From Octopus vulgaris (Eukaryota): a stretch of 64,000 bases of DNA. The stretch lies in the NCBI GenBank assembly GCA_951406725.2, contig OX597815.1, forward strand, positions 152,768,001-152,832,000, in the 5' to 3' direction. Below the pieces are notes generated by a model that was not told where the DNA came from, did no database searches, and saw only the letters and a list, made by a program, of their open reading frames with translations. Shown here piece by piece: positions 63,823-64,000 of this stretch (position 1 is the stretch's first letter; every line of letters begins with the position of its first letter). The position numbers were made by a program, and so were the translations under genes.

Positions 63823-64000
63823 CCCGGTTTTCGCGGCGCACCCGCCCTCCCACCCCCACCACCGGTACAGGAAGTCCTAAATTTTCTCATCCTTGTCTCC
63901 CTTCTACACTTCAAAGTCTTACGCCACCCCCACCTCCTTCCATAAAAGGTAGTGGTCAGTCATTGCAAGATATGTTTAGTGTTGTGTACGAGGTTTGAAC

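Noticed and set aside
63813-63998. ORF MAAARFSRR... as a gene start or as the missing oxidase exon
   Set aside because: Short, low-complexity and on the wrong strand for the oxidase; no GxGxxG or DLGG motif found between 60590 and 64000

Overview
Eukaryotic, AT-rich, repeat-dense genomic DNA. The SINE, RTE and microsatellite landscape looks like a coleoid cephalopod such as octopus (an inference from repeat style only). Two spliced genes converge. (1) On the + strand, ZC3H15 (DRG-binding CCCH zinc-finger protein) has 10 in-phase GT-AG coding exons at 1574-17289 (341 aa visible); its 5' exons lie upstream of the window. (2) On the - strand, a flavin monoamine-oxidase-like gene has 10 in-phase coding exons at 60590-36862 (455 aa visible) and a C-terminal tail anchor; its FAD-binding N-terminus lies beyond the window. 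The rest is SINEs, RTE/CR1/REL-type LINE fragments, Tc1/mariner and pogo/Tc2 remnants, and Helitron-like, Helentron-like and piggyBac-like non-autonomous elements. Most notable observations: a ~2.45 kb fold-back palindrome centred in a broken pogo/Tc2 transposase (23370-25820); a young composite VNTR plus RTE-tail insertion next to a repeat with 617-bp period (60750-64000); a SINE plus solo-LTR-like chimera inside one 14-bp TSD; a Penelope-type hammerhead ribozyme motif; and loss of the FAD-linking Cys and one aromatic-cage Tyr in the oxidase. Identity values are by-eye estimates; no searches were run.
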